Of a DNA stretch of 57,378 nucleotides, positions 45,812 to 54,804 are shown in pieces (the first letter of the stretch is position 1; every line of letters begins with the position of its first letter). This DNA is from Proteobacteria bacterium UBA6156. Lineage in GTDB: Bacteria > Pseudomonadota > Alphaproteobacteria > UBA2136 > UBA6156. Under the pieces are notes generated by a model. The model was given only the letters and a program-made list of their open reading frames with translations. It ran no database searches and was not told the origin of the DNA. The DNA is taken from the NCBI GenBank assembly GCA_002422365.1, contig DIUO01000031.1, forward strand, positions 100,187-157,564, written 5' to 3'. The position numbers and the translations under genes were made by a program.

Positions 45812-46057
45812 TTAACAATGTGAGGGGTTGATGATGAATGGTTCAGGAATAATGTGGTAAGGAATGCCAGTTATATTCGTTACATTTTCCATGAATTTCG
45901 CGTTCTCGTGCAGAAGCTGGGGAGCAAGTTCTGATACGATTTTAACCAATTCTTGAAATGTATCGGCTTCTGCTACCAACCCAGGAACGTCGTCACTGCG
46001 TGCGGAATGAACCTGTGCTTCCGGGTCCCATGTCACGTAGACTCTGATTACTTTCAT
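45812..46057 (-). CDS. HicB-like / DUF1902-type antitoxin
   Basis: ATG 46057 lies 9 nt after GGAG. The product reads MKVIRVYVTWDPEAQVHSARSDDVPGLVAEADTFQELVKIV. It lies 3 nt upstream of hicA. Confidence 0.65.
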   Translation of the reverse strand: MKVIRVYVTWDPEAQVHSARSDDVPGLVAEADTFQELVKIVSELAPQLLHENAKFMENVTNITGIPYHIIPEPFIINPSHC

Positions 46058-46186
46058 GTCCGTCATCTCCTGTACTCTAACATATAGAGTGCTGCACAAA
46101 CAGCTTGTTCCTGACTATTCACTTGATACGTTATTTTTGTAGCACAGTTATCTGGTATTACCTATCCTGTAAGCCATATATGTAGG

Positions 46187-47059
46187 TTAAGCGTTAGCGG
46201 GGTAGGTGCCCATGAGACGGATGGAGGCGGTGAAGTGGGCGAGTTCGCTTAGGGCGTTTTGCATGGGGGCGGTTGCGGGGTGGCCTTCGATGTCGATGAA
46301 GAATTCGGCGGCTTGGAAGTCTCCGCCGACGAGATAACTTTCGAGCCGCGAGAGGTTGAGGCCGTTGGTGGCGAAGCCGCCGAGGGCTTTGTAGAGTGCG
46401 GCGGGGATATCTTTCACGCGGAAGAGCAGTGTGGTTTTGGTGGGTTCGGTGAGAGGCGGATTCCAGCCCTGGGGGCCGAGGAGGAGGAAGCGCGTGGTGT
46501 TGTTGGCTTGGTCGTTCATCGGTGATTTTAAGATGCTGAGGCCATAGGTGGTGGCGGCCAAGCTGCTGGCCAGGGCGGCTAAGGTGGGGTCGGCACGCTC
46601 GGCCACCATTTTGGCGGAGCCTGCGGTGTCGAGGTAGGATTCGTGGGCTAAGCCCATGGAAGAAAGCGTGTTTTGGCACTGCTGGATGGCGGGAAGTTGG
46701 CTGTAGACGGTACGGATTTGGCTGATTTCTGCGCCCGGAAGGCCCATGAGGCAGTGGGAAATGGGCAGGAAGTGCTCGGCAACGATGTGGAGGGAGGTTT
46801 GGGGGAGGAGGGCGTGGATATCGGCAATGCGGCCGGTGGTGGAATTTTCGACTGGAAGGATGGCGCCGGAGGCTTGGCCGGATTCGACGAGGTGGACAGC
46901 CTCGGCAAACGAGGGGCATGCCAGGGGTTGGGCATGTGGTGCGGCTTGTTGGGCGGCAATGTGTGCGTAGGCGCCGGGCACGCCTTGGAAGGCGATGGTT
47001 TGCCACTGAGTGACGGGGTTGGCGGTGTGAGGCTGAATGGGGCTGAAAAGGCTGTTCAT
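46187..47059 (-). CDS. pheA: Prephenate dehydratase
   Basis: IAFQGVPGAYAHIAA, NTTRFLLLG, and an ACT domain KTTLLFRVKDIPAALYKALGGFATNGLNLSRLES. Confidence 0.85.
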   Translation of the reverse strand: MNSLFSPIQPHTANPVTQWQTIAFQGVPGAYAHIAAQQAAPHAQPLACPSFAEAVHLVESGQASGAILPVENSTTGRIADIHALLPQTSLHIVAEHFLPISHCLMGLPGAEISQIRTVYSQLPAIQQCQNTLSSMGLAHESYLDTAGSAKMVAERADPTLAALASSLAATTYGLSILKSPMNDQANNTTRFLLLGPQGWNPPLTEPTKTTLLFRVKDIPAALYKALGGFATNGLNLSRLESYLVGGDFQAAEFFIDIEGHPATAPMQNALSELAHFTASIRLMGTYPANA

Positions 47060-47388
47060 GGAGAGGAGTTATGGTAGGTTTGGGAAGTGTGGTCAAGGCT
47101 GTGTGTAGAGCCCCCCTGCGGTTAGTTATTTACTTCGCATAATATATATTATGTTAAATTCAGAAATGGGCGGAATGGGTAGCATGTGGGGCATATGGGG
47201 GTGTGGTGGGTTCTTACCGGAGGTTTACTGAGGCTGTGGCCCCTGCCCGGTGTGAGGCTTGGGTGGGATTGATTCGGCGCTGAAACGGAGTAGGGTTGTG
47301 GAGTGAGTTCGGGCCCCTCTGGCGGTTTATGTGAAATCGTGATGTCGGATTTGCTGGTTTGTTGATTTGTACAAATGAGTGAAAGTTG

Positions 47389-48387
47389 ATGGCTTTTATG
47401 GAGCTGCTGGATGGGCTGTTGCTGGCCGTGTTTATGGGCAAACCCGTATGGATGTGGTGCGTGTTTATGGCCATTGTGCTGGCCCTGCTGGTGTTTGACC
47501 TGGGTGTGTTGCACCGTAAGGCGCATGAGATTGAGGTTAAGGAAAGCCTGATGCTTTCGGCAGGTTATATAACCGCTGGTGTGGCCTATGGCGGCTGGGT
47601 GTGGTGGTATTTGGGTGCGACCAGCGGCATGCAGTATTTGACCGGGTTTGTGGTGGAAAAGACGCTGGCGATGGATAACGTGTTTATTATTGCGATGATA
47701 TTTTCGTTTTTTGCCATACCCCGCCTGCACCAGCACCGTGTGCTGTTTTGGGGCATTTTGGGAGTGATTGTATTGCGTGCGCTGATGATTGGCCTGGGTG
47801 CCCCGCTGGTGGAGAACTTTGAGTGGCTGCTGTATGTGCTGGCGCTGTTTTTGATGGTGACAGGCGCGCGCATGCTGGTGATGGGCGATAAGGAACCGGA
47901 TTTTTCTCGGAACAGGTTGCTGCTGTTTTTGAAGCGGCACTTCCGAATTACCGACACCCTGCATGGCGAGGCTTTTTTTGTGAAAAAGCGCCACCCGGCC
48001 ACAGGCAAAATGGTGCGCTACATGACCCCCCTGATGCTGGCCCTGCTGATGATTGAAGTGGCGGATGTGGTGTTTGCGGTGGATAGTGTGCCGGCGATTT
48101 TTCTTATCACGACTGACCCGTTCTTGGTTTATACCTCGAACATCTTTGCTATTTTAGGGTTGCGTGCGCTGTATTTTGCGCTGGCTGCAATGGTGCACCG
48201 GTTTGCGTATTTGAGCTATGCGCTCTCGGTGTTGCTGATCTTTATCGGCAGCAAGATATTTGTGGCGTGGGCGATGGGTTGGGAGAAATTCCCGCCGATG
48301 TGGAGCCTGGGCCTTACGTTGCTGATTTTGATGAGTGGGGTTGGGTTTTCTCTCTGGAAAACGCGGCCTGCGGCGAAGGCGGCATAA
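47389..48387 (+). CDS. terC: TerC-family integral membrane protein
   Basis: The product shows YLTGFVVEKTLAMDNVFIIAMIF, LMIEVADVVFAVDSVPAI and YTSNIFAILGLRALYF, the duplicated TerC motifs. Confidence 0.85.
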   Translation: MAFMELLDGLLLAVFMGKPVWMWCVFMAIVLALLVFDLGVLHRKAHEIEVKESLMLSAGYITAGVAYGGWVWWYLGATSGMQYLTGFVVEKTLAMDNVFIIAMIFSFFAIPRLHQHRVLFWGILGVIVLRALMIGLGAPLVENFEWLLYVLALFLMVTGARMLVMGDKEPDFSRNRLLLFLKRHFRITDTLHGEAFFVKKRHPATGKMVRYMTPLMLALLMIEVADVVFAVDSVPAIFLITTDPFLVYTSNIFAILGLRALYFALAAMVHRFAYLSYALSVLLIFIGSKIFVAWAMGWEKFPPMWSLGLTLLILMSGVGFSLWKTRPAAKAA

Positions 48388-48424
48388 GGCAATTGGGGTT
48401 GTTGCCCCCTGCCCTTGAACGGAA

Positions 48425-49612
48425 TTAATTATCTTTATTTTGGAAGAGGTTAGCGAGGTTGGTGTTGCAGGTGATGAGGAGGTCGCGCTCGGGCACAAAA
48501 AGCATTTTGGCGGCGGCCTGGAGTGAGTTTTTGAGGAATTTGGGCTGGTTGAAGTGCCCGGAAAAGCCGTGCGGTGCCACCAGCGCGTTGCCGGAGCCGA
48601 GCAGGCGTTTTGCGGACGGGATGCTGCGGTAGAGGTGCGCGTGGGGAAAGTCTGGCGCTGTGAGCTCGGGCCGGATGATAACCGACATGTTGAAGCGGTT
48701 GACCAGTTCGGCGTCGGCCTCGGACGTGAGAACGTCCATCCAGATGAGTGGCGGGAGGTGTTCGGCCTGCCCCAGCACCTGCGCCATGTGCGGCAGGCTT
48801 TGGCGGTGCGTGAGGATGACCGGGAGGGCGAAGTCGGCGGCGATATCCAGCTGGAGGGCGAGTTGGTCCTTCTGCTGTTGCAGCTTATAGCTGGCGAAGG
48901 GTTCGTCTATCCCCAGCGGGCCCAGTGCGATGAGCTTGGGGTGGCTGTTAAGCAAGGTGGTGAGGGCTTCGTCGAGGGCATCCAGGCTGGGCCACAGCTG
49001 GCGCGGGCCTGCGCCGATGGCGCCGTAGACGCGGGGTTCATCCAGTGCTTTGAGGAGTGTGAGGAGGAGCATGTCTTCGGCGACCACCACACCCCCCTCG
49101 TCCAGCTCTTCTTCCAGCGGTGCTTGCAGCACCATGCCGAGGATGCCCATGGTGAAGGGGGCGGTGGACTCGGTGGCGACGGCGCGTTTGTAGCCCTCGA
49201 TATCGGCGGTGGTGAGGGCGTGGTAGCAGGCGTCGCTGTGCAGGCGGGGCGAATAATCTGGGTTGCGAAGAGCGGCCCAGAGGTTGCCGGGGGGCAGGCC
49301 GAGCGGGGCAGCTTTTTTCGGGTCTTCCGGCCGGGTGGGGTCGGGCTCGGGTGGCAAGGGGGGGACGTCGGAATCGACGATGTTCTCAGACAAACCTGCT
49401 GTAGATTGACCGACGAGGCCCATGACGTTGCGGTTGCGGGCCTCTTGCTCGGCCTGCTTTTTCTTGTCGCCTTGGTCGGGCGGGGTCATGGCTTTGAGGT
49501 CGGCTTTGACCTCGTTCACCACGTCGTCGATGCCGTCGGTCACGGATTTGAAAAAGCCGCTGAGGCCGGAGGGCGGCTTTTTATCGGCGGGGCGGTTTTT
49601 ATCGTTCGACAT
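48425..49612 (-). CDS. TatD-like protein with a degenerate active site and a low-complexity N-terminal region
   Basis: ATG 49612 (MSNDKNRPADKKPP...). The C-terminal 250 aa align by eye with the adjacent TatD, but ligand positions differ: GPLGIDEPF against GETGLDYYY, and LLGSGNALVAP against LIETDAPYLAP. The ORF-track start at 49762 overlaps tatD and is rejected. Confidence 0.65.
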   Translation of the reverse strand: MSNDKNRPADKKPPSGLSGFFKSVTDGIDDVVNEVKADLKAMTPPDQGDKKKQAEQEARNRNVMGLVGQSTAGLSENIVDSDVPPLPPEPDPTRPEDPKKAAPLGLPPGNLWAALRNPDYSPRLHSDACYHALTTADIEGYKRAVATESTAPFTMGILGMVLQAPLEEELDEGGVVVAEDMLLLTLLKALDEPRVYGAIGAGPRQLWPSLDALDEALTTLLNSHPKLIALGPLGIDEPFASYKLQQQKDQLALQLDIAADFALPVILTHRQSLPHMAQVLGQAEHLPPLIWMDVLTSEADAELVNRFNMSVIIRPELTAPDFPHAHLYRSIPSAKRLLGSGNALVAPHGFSGHFNQPKFLKNSLQAAAKMLFVPERDLLITCNTNLANLFQNKDN

Positions 49613-49622
49613 TGCCCCTACC

Positions 49623-50405
49623 CTAACCTGCGGCCATGCGGCTGAACAGCCGAAGGGTGTTGGTGGCGGTGATTTTGGCGGCATGTTCTGTGCTGCATTG
49701 CCACACCCCGGCCAGGGCGGCGCAGGTGTGCGGCAGCAGGTGCGGGGCGTTGCGTTTGCCACGGAAGGGATGTGGCGCCAGATAGGGGGCGTCGGTTTCG
49801 ATCAGGACTTTCTCTTGCGGGAGGGAGGCGGCGATGGTGCGGAGGGTATCCGACTTTTTAAAGCTGAGGATGCCGCTGAAGGAGATGTAGCCGCCGAGCT
49901 GCACCCCCTGCCCGGCCAGCCAGGCGCTGCCGGTGAAGCAGTGGAGGACGAAGGGGACGCCCGGGTGTTCCTTCAGGATGGCGATGGTGTCTTCTTCGGC
50001 GTCGCGGGTGTGAATCACTGCCGGAAGGCCTGCCTTGGCGCAGGCTTGCAGGTGGGTGTGGAAGCTGGCGTGTTGGGCGGCTTTGGGGGAGTTTTCGTAG
50101 TAATAATCCAGCCCGGTTTCGCCTAGGGCGACGACTTGGGGGTGCTGGGCGATGGCGATGAGTTCGGCTTCGGTTATGGGGGCTTCTTCGGCGACGTCTT
50201 GCGGGTGCATTCCGGCAGCCATAGAGACTTGCGGGTGGGCTTGGCAGAATTGGAGGGCGGGTTGCCACTCCTTCCGCCTGCAGGCGATGGTGACGATGCG
50301 GGTGACGCCTGCGGCTTGGGCGGTGGTGAGGAGGAGTTCGGGTGTGAGGGCAGGTTCTTCCGATTGGAAGCGGGGGTGTTGGAGGTGGGTGTGGCTGTCG
50401 ATCAT
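49623..50405 (-). CDS. tatD: TatD-family metal-dependent hydrolase/DNase
   Basis: The product shows MIDSHTHL, GETGLDYYY, VIHTRDA, VLHCFTG and LIETDAPYLAP. Confidence 0.9.
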   Translation of the reverse strand: MIDSHTHLQHPRFQSEEPALTPELLLTTAQAAGVTRIVTIACRRKEWQPALQFCQAHPQVSMAAGMHPQDVAEEAPITEAELIAIAQHPQVVALGETGLDYYYENSPKAAQHASFHTHLQACAKAGLPAVIHTRDAEEDTIAILKEHPGVPFVLHCFTGSAWLAGQGVQLGGYISFSGILSFKKSDTLRTIAASLPQEKVLIETDAPYLAPHPFRGKRNAPHLLPHTCAALAGVWQCSTEHAAKITATNTLRLFSRMAAG

Positions 50406-50414
50406 TATCGTGTT

Positions 50415-51347
50415 TTAGTGTTTCGTGTTTTCGTGTTTAGTATTTTGGGATTGGGTTGTGGATTCGTAGATTGTGTGGGCGGTTTGGGCGATGAGGTGGG
50501 TGGGGAGGTTTTTGTCGGCGGCGTCTCGCTGGAGGGTGGCGAGTTTGAAGTAGGCCTCGGCCTGGGCCAGCCCCGGTTGCTGCTGCGCCAGGTGCTGCAT
50601 GAGCAGCCCCACGAAGCCGGGGGTGGTGAGGTTGGGTGCCTGCCCCGCCTGCAACGCCAGAAGGGCGGTTGCGCGGGCCTTGGCCCCTGCCCCCAGCACG
50701 CTGCCGGGGGCGCCGGAGGCGACGGCGGCGAGGGTGGGATCTTCTTTCAGGGATTGGAGGACGAGTTGGGTTTCAGCCAAGCTGAGTGGTTGCAGCGGAA
50801 TGAGGCGGCAGCGGCTGCGGATGGTGGGCAGTGTGGCGGAAAGTTGGTGCGCGATGAGCAGAAAAAAGATGCCGGGGCGCGGTTCTTCCAGCGTTTTAAG
50901 CAATGTGTTGGCGGCTTCGGGCGTCAGGTCTTCTAAGCTATCGACTATCACGGTGCGGGCGGTGTCGGCGGTGCGGAGGAGGGTTTCCAACAGCTCTTGC
51001 ACTTGTTTGATGCCGATGGATTTTTTGCCGTCGAGCGGAGCGAGGATGTGGTAGTCCGGGCAGCTTTCGGCTTGGATTTGGGCGTATTGGGGGCTGGAGG
51101 TGTTGAATGCGAGGGGCCCTTGCTCGGGTGCAGCTTCGGTGGGGGTGCCGAACATGTCGACTTCGGTGCTTGCAGCCTGTGCCGGGCCGCAGATGAGGCG
51201 CAGCGCGAGGTGCTGCGCCAGCAGCCGCTTGCCGACGCCCTGCGGGCCGTGGAGCAGGATGGCGTGGGGGAAGCGGCCGGACTCCAGCAGCTTGGCCAGC
51301 TGGGTTTGGGTGGCGTGGTGGCCAATGAGGGGTGGGCAAAGAGACAT
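50415..51347 (-). CDS. holB: DNA polymerase III delta-prime subunit
   Basis: The product shows GRFPHAILLHGPQGVGKRLLAQHLA, VIVDSLEDLTPEAANTLLKTLEEP and TIRSRC. Confidence 0.85.
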   Translation of the reverse strand: MSLCPPLIGHHATQTQLAKLLESGRFPHAILLHGPQGVGKRLLAQHLALRLICGPAQAASTEVDMFGTPTEAAPEQGPLAFNTSSPQYAQIQAESCPDYHILAPLDGKKSIGIKQVQELLETLLRTADTARTVIVDSLEDLTPEAANTLLKTLEEPRPGIFFLLIAHQLSATLPTIRSRCRLIPLQPLSLAETQLVLQSLKEDPTLAAVASGAPGSVLGAGAKARATALLALQAGQAPNLTTPGFVGLLMQHLAQQQPGLAQAEAYFKLATLQRDAADKNLPTHLIAQTAHTIYESTTQSQNTKHENTKH

Positions 51348-51386
51348 GCCGCCATCTTAGCAGATGGCGGCATGGGGGGCGAGATG

Positions 51387-52028
51387 TTATGCGGCCATGA
51401 GTCGCTCGACGTGAGGGCGAATCTCGGCAAAAACATCGTTGGGCGGCTGGTTGCCATTGATGACGACGACGTTGGGAAGCTCTTTGTAGTAAAGATAGCC
51501 TTCGCGGATGCGCTTTTTTTCCTGCAAGTCCATGTCGTCGTAGCGGCGACCTTCACCACGGTCGGCACGGGTGCGGGCCAGCGAGACTTCCGGCGGGATG
51601 TCGAGCAGCAGAGTGAGGTCGGGCCAGGCAGGCCGCAGTACCGGCAACATCATATCTTCCATTTGCTGCCATTCGATCCATTCGGTTGGAGACCTAAGGG
51701 AGTAGCCCTGATAGGCAAAGATACCGAGATTGAAGCGGTCGCTGACAAGTGAGGTGCCACTTGCGAGAGTGGGCAGAATTACCTGTTCAATCATATCTAC
51801 CTTGATGGCGGCGAAGAGCAGAAATTCGCTGCGGCGGGAGAGCCCGTTGGGGTAGGACTCTGGGTTTTTGAGTATGGGGCGCAGGTAGTGGCCGAGAGGC
51901 CCACTTTCGGGGTCCTTCGCTTGCCGCACCTTGTGACCTAAAGATTCGATAAGTTGTGTGACGCGAGGGGCTTGCGTGGTTTTACCCGCGCCGTTCATCC
52001 CCTCTAGGACGACAAATTTGCCTTTCAT
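51387..52028 (-). CDS. tmk: Thymidylate kinase
   Basis: ATG 52028 follows AAGGAA. The product has the P-loop FVVLEGMNGAGKTT and the DR motif LVSDRF, with LLDIPPEVSLARTR in the lid region. The ORF-track start at 52091 is rejected. Confidence 0.8.
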   Translation of the reverse strand: MKGKFVVLEGMNGAGKTTQAPRVTQLIESLGHKVRQAKDPESGPLGHYLRPILKNPESYPNGLSRRSEFLLFAAIKVDMIEQVILPTLASGTSLVSDRFNLGIFAYQGYSLRSPTEWIEWQQMEDMMLPVLRPAWPDLTLLLDIPPEVSLARTRADRGEGRRYDDMDLQEKKRIREGYLYYKELPNVVVINGNQPPNDVFAEIRPHVERLMAA

Positions 52029-52140
52029 GGGATGTTCCTTTGCAGAGCATTGAAGATGTATTTGTATACTATGATACGGATTTGGTGGCAAGCCGAAAGG
52101 GCGGCACGGGGCCGCCCTTTGGGATTACGTTGGTGAGGGC

Positions 52141-52662
52141 TTAGAAGCCCCAAGCGGTGAGCCGCTGGTTGATGCGGCGGCGGCGGCGTTTATCGCGCTC
52201 TTGGATGTACATCATCCAGCGGTGCTCCCTTTTCTGGGGTAGCCACATGGTGAAGATGCAGAGGAATGTCCAAGACAACGTGGGCGGGACATAGAAGACG
52301 AGCCACAACAATGTGCGCAGCATGCGTTGGGGGCTGCTGCCCCACGCGATGAAGGCCCGGGTGTTGCGCCGGATGAACATGGCCAATGCCCGATAGAATA
52401 CAGGCCAGCGGTTGTGGGCGCGCGGGAGGATGAGCAGAAGGAGAACACCTACAACGAACCATGCCATGCCGAGAGGTATGAAAAGACCCATATGCTCGGC
52501 CATAAACGGCATGTAGCCTGTTTGCCCCGGTGAGTATGGGGTGATTATGAGCGGAATATAGCTGATGGGATATAAAATGATACCGAACAGCACCAGCAGA
52601 TTGGCAAGAATGCGCAGGCTGAGAGGGACTGTGTTGAAGCGTTTTTCAGAAGCGGGGGTCAT
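52141..52662 (-). CDS. Hypothetical 4-TM membrane protein with an Arg-rich C-terminus
   Basis: ATG 52662 (MTPASEKRFNTVPLSLRILANLLVLFGII...). The ORF-track extension to 52830 overlaps the upstream gene and is Pro/Ser/Thr-rich. Confidence 0.55.
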   Translation of the reverse strand: MTPASEKRFNTVPLSLRILANLLVLFGIILYPISYIPLIITPYSPGQTGYMPFMAEHMGLFIPLGMAWFVVGVLLLLILPRAHNRWPVFYRALAMFIRRNTRAFIAWGSSPQRMLRTLLWLVFYVPPTLSWTFLCIFTMWLPQKREHRWMMYIQERDKRRRRRINQRLTAWGF

Positions 52663-52741
52663 ACCGCAATCCTTTTCTGAAACGAGGAATGATGACTTAA
52701 TTAACACGCTTAGCGGAAATTTTGCAAGGTGCTTGAGTAAG

Positions 52742-53389
52742 TTAGAGGCTGGGTTGGAGGTTGGTGCCGAAGCGGGTGTTGATGGCGGTGAGGATGGCGT
52801 TGTGGACAGTGGCTTTGTCGGCGTTGGCATCGATAATCTGGTAGGGTTTGCCCGTAAGCGAGACTTCTTTCAGCAATGCATTACGGACGCGCTCTTGCAG
52901 GGGCAGCCCTTCGCGTTCGAAGCGGTCAAGATTATCTTCGCCCTTCTGGATGGATTTGCGCGCCATGCCGACTTCCGGGGCGACATCGAGGATCAGGTAG
53001 AAGTCTGGCGCGCGTTCCATTGCCGCGTTTTGCATGGTACGGCAGAGGTCGATATCCATCCCCTTTCCGTAAGCCTGATAGGCAAGAGTGGTGAGTGGTG
53101 AACGGTGGGTGATGACCCAGCGCCCTTCCGCCAGCGCCGGTTGGGTATAGGTGATGTTGGCCTTGTTGCGGGCGGCTGTCCAAAGGCAGGCTTCGGCAAA
53201 GGCGGACCAACGGTTAGCGTCGCCTTTGGTGGCCATATCGTACAACACTTTGCCGTCATCGGTTGCGTGGGGTTCGTTGATGATTTGGCAGGGTATGTCG
53301 GCGGCAGCAAAGGCTTTGACGAGAAGGTCGGCCTGAAAGTCTTTGCCTGCTCCGTCGGCGCTGTCGATGGCGATGTAAGCTGCTTTCAT
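52742..53389 (-). CDS. Thymidylate-kinase-like paralog with divergent P-loop and DR motifs
   Basis: ATG 53389 gives MKAAYIAIDSADGAGKDF ... VITHRSPLTTLAYQAYG ... LILDVAPEVGMAR. It has the Tmk fold pattern, but GKD replaces GK(S/T) and HR replaces DR. Confidence 0.65.
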   Translation of the reverse strand: MKAAYIAIDSADGAGKDFQADLLVKAFAAADIPCQIINEPHATDDGKVLYDMATKGDANRWSAFAEACLWTAARNKANITYTQPALAEGRWVITHRSPLTTLAYQAYGKGMDIDLCRTMQNAAMERAPDFYLILDVAPEVGMARKSIQKGEDNLDRFEREGLPLQERVRNALLKEVSLTGKPYQIIDANADKATVHNAILTAINTRFGTNLQPSL

Positions 53390-53399
53390 GCCCCCGGCC

Positions 53400-54548
53400 C
53401 TAGAAACCAAAGTTGCTGGCGAGGGTTTGGACGAAGCGGCCGAGGAAGCCTGCGCGCGCGACGGGGTGTTGCACGACAAGAGCCTCGGTGAAGGTTTGGC
53501 CGGATGGCAGGGTGACTTTGAGCTCGCCCACGGGTTGGTCGGCGGCCAAAGGTGCCACCAAAGGCTTGTTGTAGGTGATGCTGGCGGTGATTTGGCCGGG
53601 GCTGGTGCGGCTGAGGAAGACATTCAGCGGCTTGGCAACGGTGAGATTAACCCGGCCTGCGCTGCCGTGCCAGACGGGGATGTTTTCGGCCAGCACGTCT
53701 CCTGGCTGGAACAGCGTGCGGGTGGCGTGGGTGGCGTAGAAGGTGCGGTAGGCTTGGAGGGATTGGCCCTCCCGCGCGCTGAAGCCGTTGGTGCCCATGA
53801 CGACGACGACGAGGCGCTCGCCGTTTTGCTCGGCAGTGGAGGCGAGGTGGTAGCCGCTCTCTTCCGTGTGGCCGGTTTTACCGGCGTCGATACCGATACC
53901 CGCGTGCAGCAGGCCGTTGCGGTTTTGCTGGCGGATGTTGTTCCAGGTGAATTCTTCTTCGGCCAGGAAGTGCTTGTATTGCGGGAAGTCTCGGAAAATG
54001 GCGGTGAGGAGCATGGCGATGTCGTGAGCGGTGGTGCGTTGCGCCGGGTGCGGCATGCCGCTGGCGTTGCGGAAGGTGGTGTTGACCATGCCGAGTTGCT
54101 TGGCTTTGGTGTTCATCATTTCGGCGAAGCCGTCTTCGGTGCCGCCAAGTTTTTCGGCCATGGCCACGCAGGCGTCATTCCCGCTGACAATGGAGATGCC
54201 TTTGATGAGCATTTCGACGGGGACTTCTTTGCCGACCTCGATAAACATTTTGCTGCCGCCGGTGCGCCAGGCTTTCTCGGACACTGTGACGGGGGTGGTG
54301 AGTTGGAGGCGGTCTTCTTGCAGAGCCTCGAACGTGAGGTAGAGAGTCATCAGCTTGGTGAGGCTGGCGGGGCCTGCGAGGGTATCGGCATTGACGCTGG
54401 AGAGCACCGTGCCGGTGGCGGGGTGGTAGACGAATTGGGCCTGGGTGTAGGTGGGCTGGGCTTCGGCCTCTGGCTGGGTGGGTGAGGTTTGCGCCAGGGC
54501 GGCGTGGGTGAAAGTGAGGGCCAGGAGCGTGAAGAGGATGCGTGTCAT
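53400..54548 (-). CDS. D-alanyl-D-alanine carboxypeptidase (PBP5/6, S11 family)
   Basis: ATG 54548 gives the signal peptide MTRILFTLLALTFTHAALA. Active-site motifs are SLTK (SxxK), SGND (SxN) and KTGHT (KTG). The ORF-track start at 54584 is TTG. Confidence 0.85.
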   Translation of the reverse strand: MTRILFTLLALTFTHAALAQTSPTQPEAEAQPTYTQAQFVYHPATGTVLSSVNADTLAGPASLTKLMTLYLTFEALQEDRLQLTTPVTVSEKAWRTGGSKMFIEVGKEVPVEMLIKGISIVSGNDACVAMAEKLGGTEDGFAEMMNTKAKQLGMVNTTFRNASGMPHPAQRTTAHDIAMLLTAIFRDFPQYKHFLAEEEFTWNNIRQQNRNGLLHAGIGIDAGKTGHTEESGYHLASTAEQNGERLVVVVMGTNGFSAREGQSLQAYRTFYATHATRTLFQPGDVLAENIPVWHGSAGRVNLTVAKPLNVFLSRTSPGQITASITYNKPLVAPLAADQPVGELKVTLPSGQTFTEALVVQHPVARAGFLGRFVQTLASNFGF

Positions 54549-54804
54549 GGGGGGTAAGGTACGGGAAAAGGGGGTGGGTAACAAGTTGGAAGCCGCTTGT
54601 GAGGCTTAAGGTTTGGGCAGTGGTGGGGGGGGTGGGCGTTGGAAGGGGGATCTTTGATTTCCAGGAAGTGCCTGGGATGGGTAGGGGTGGTGCCTGGTCG
54701 GACATAGGCACCAAGAAACGGGGCCCCTACCCCGTTTGCTTGGGCCTCTGTTCCCGCAAGGCACGGTTTCCCGCTAGTTTATTGGGGCCGGGTTGTTGGG
54801 TGGG

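Noticed and set aside
46194-47096. A 300-aa minus-strand ORF lies in an alternative frame over pheA. Several Pro/Arg-rich ORFs overlap comEC and other genes, for example 38424-39008, 37013-37456, 55430-56200 and 50948-51568.
   Set aside because: These are extremely Pro/Arg/His-rich off-frame translations of GC-rich genes whose in-frame products (PheA, ComEC, the lytic transglycosylase, HolB) are clearly recognisable.
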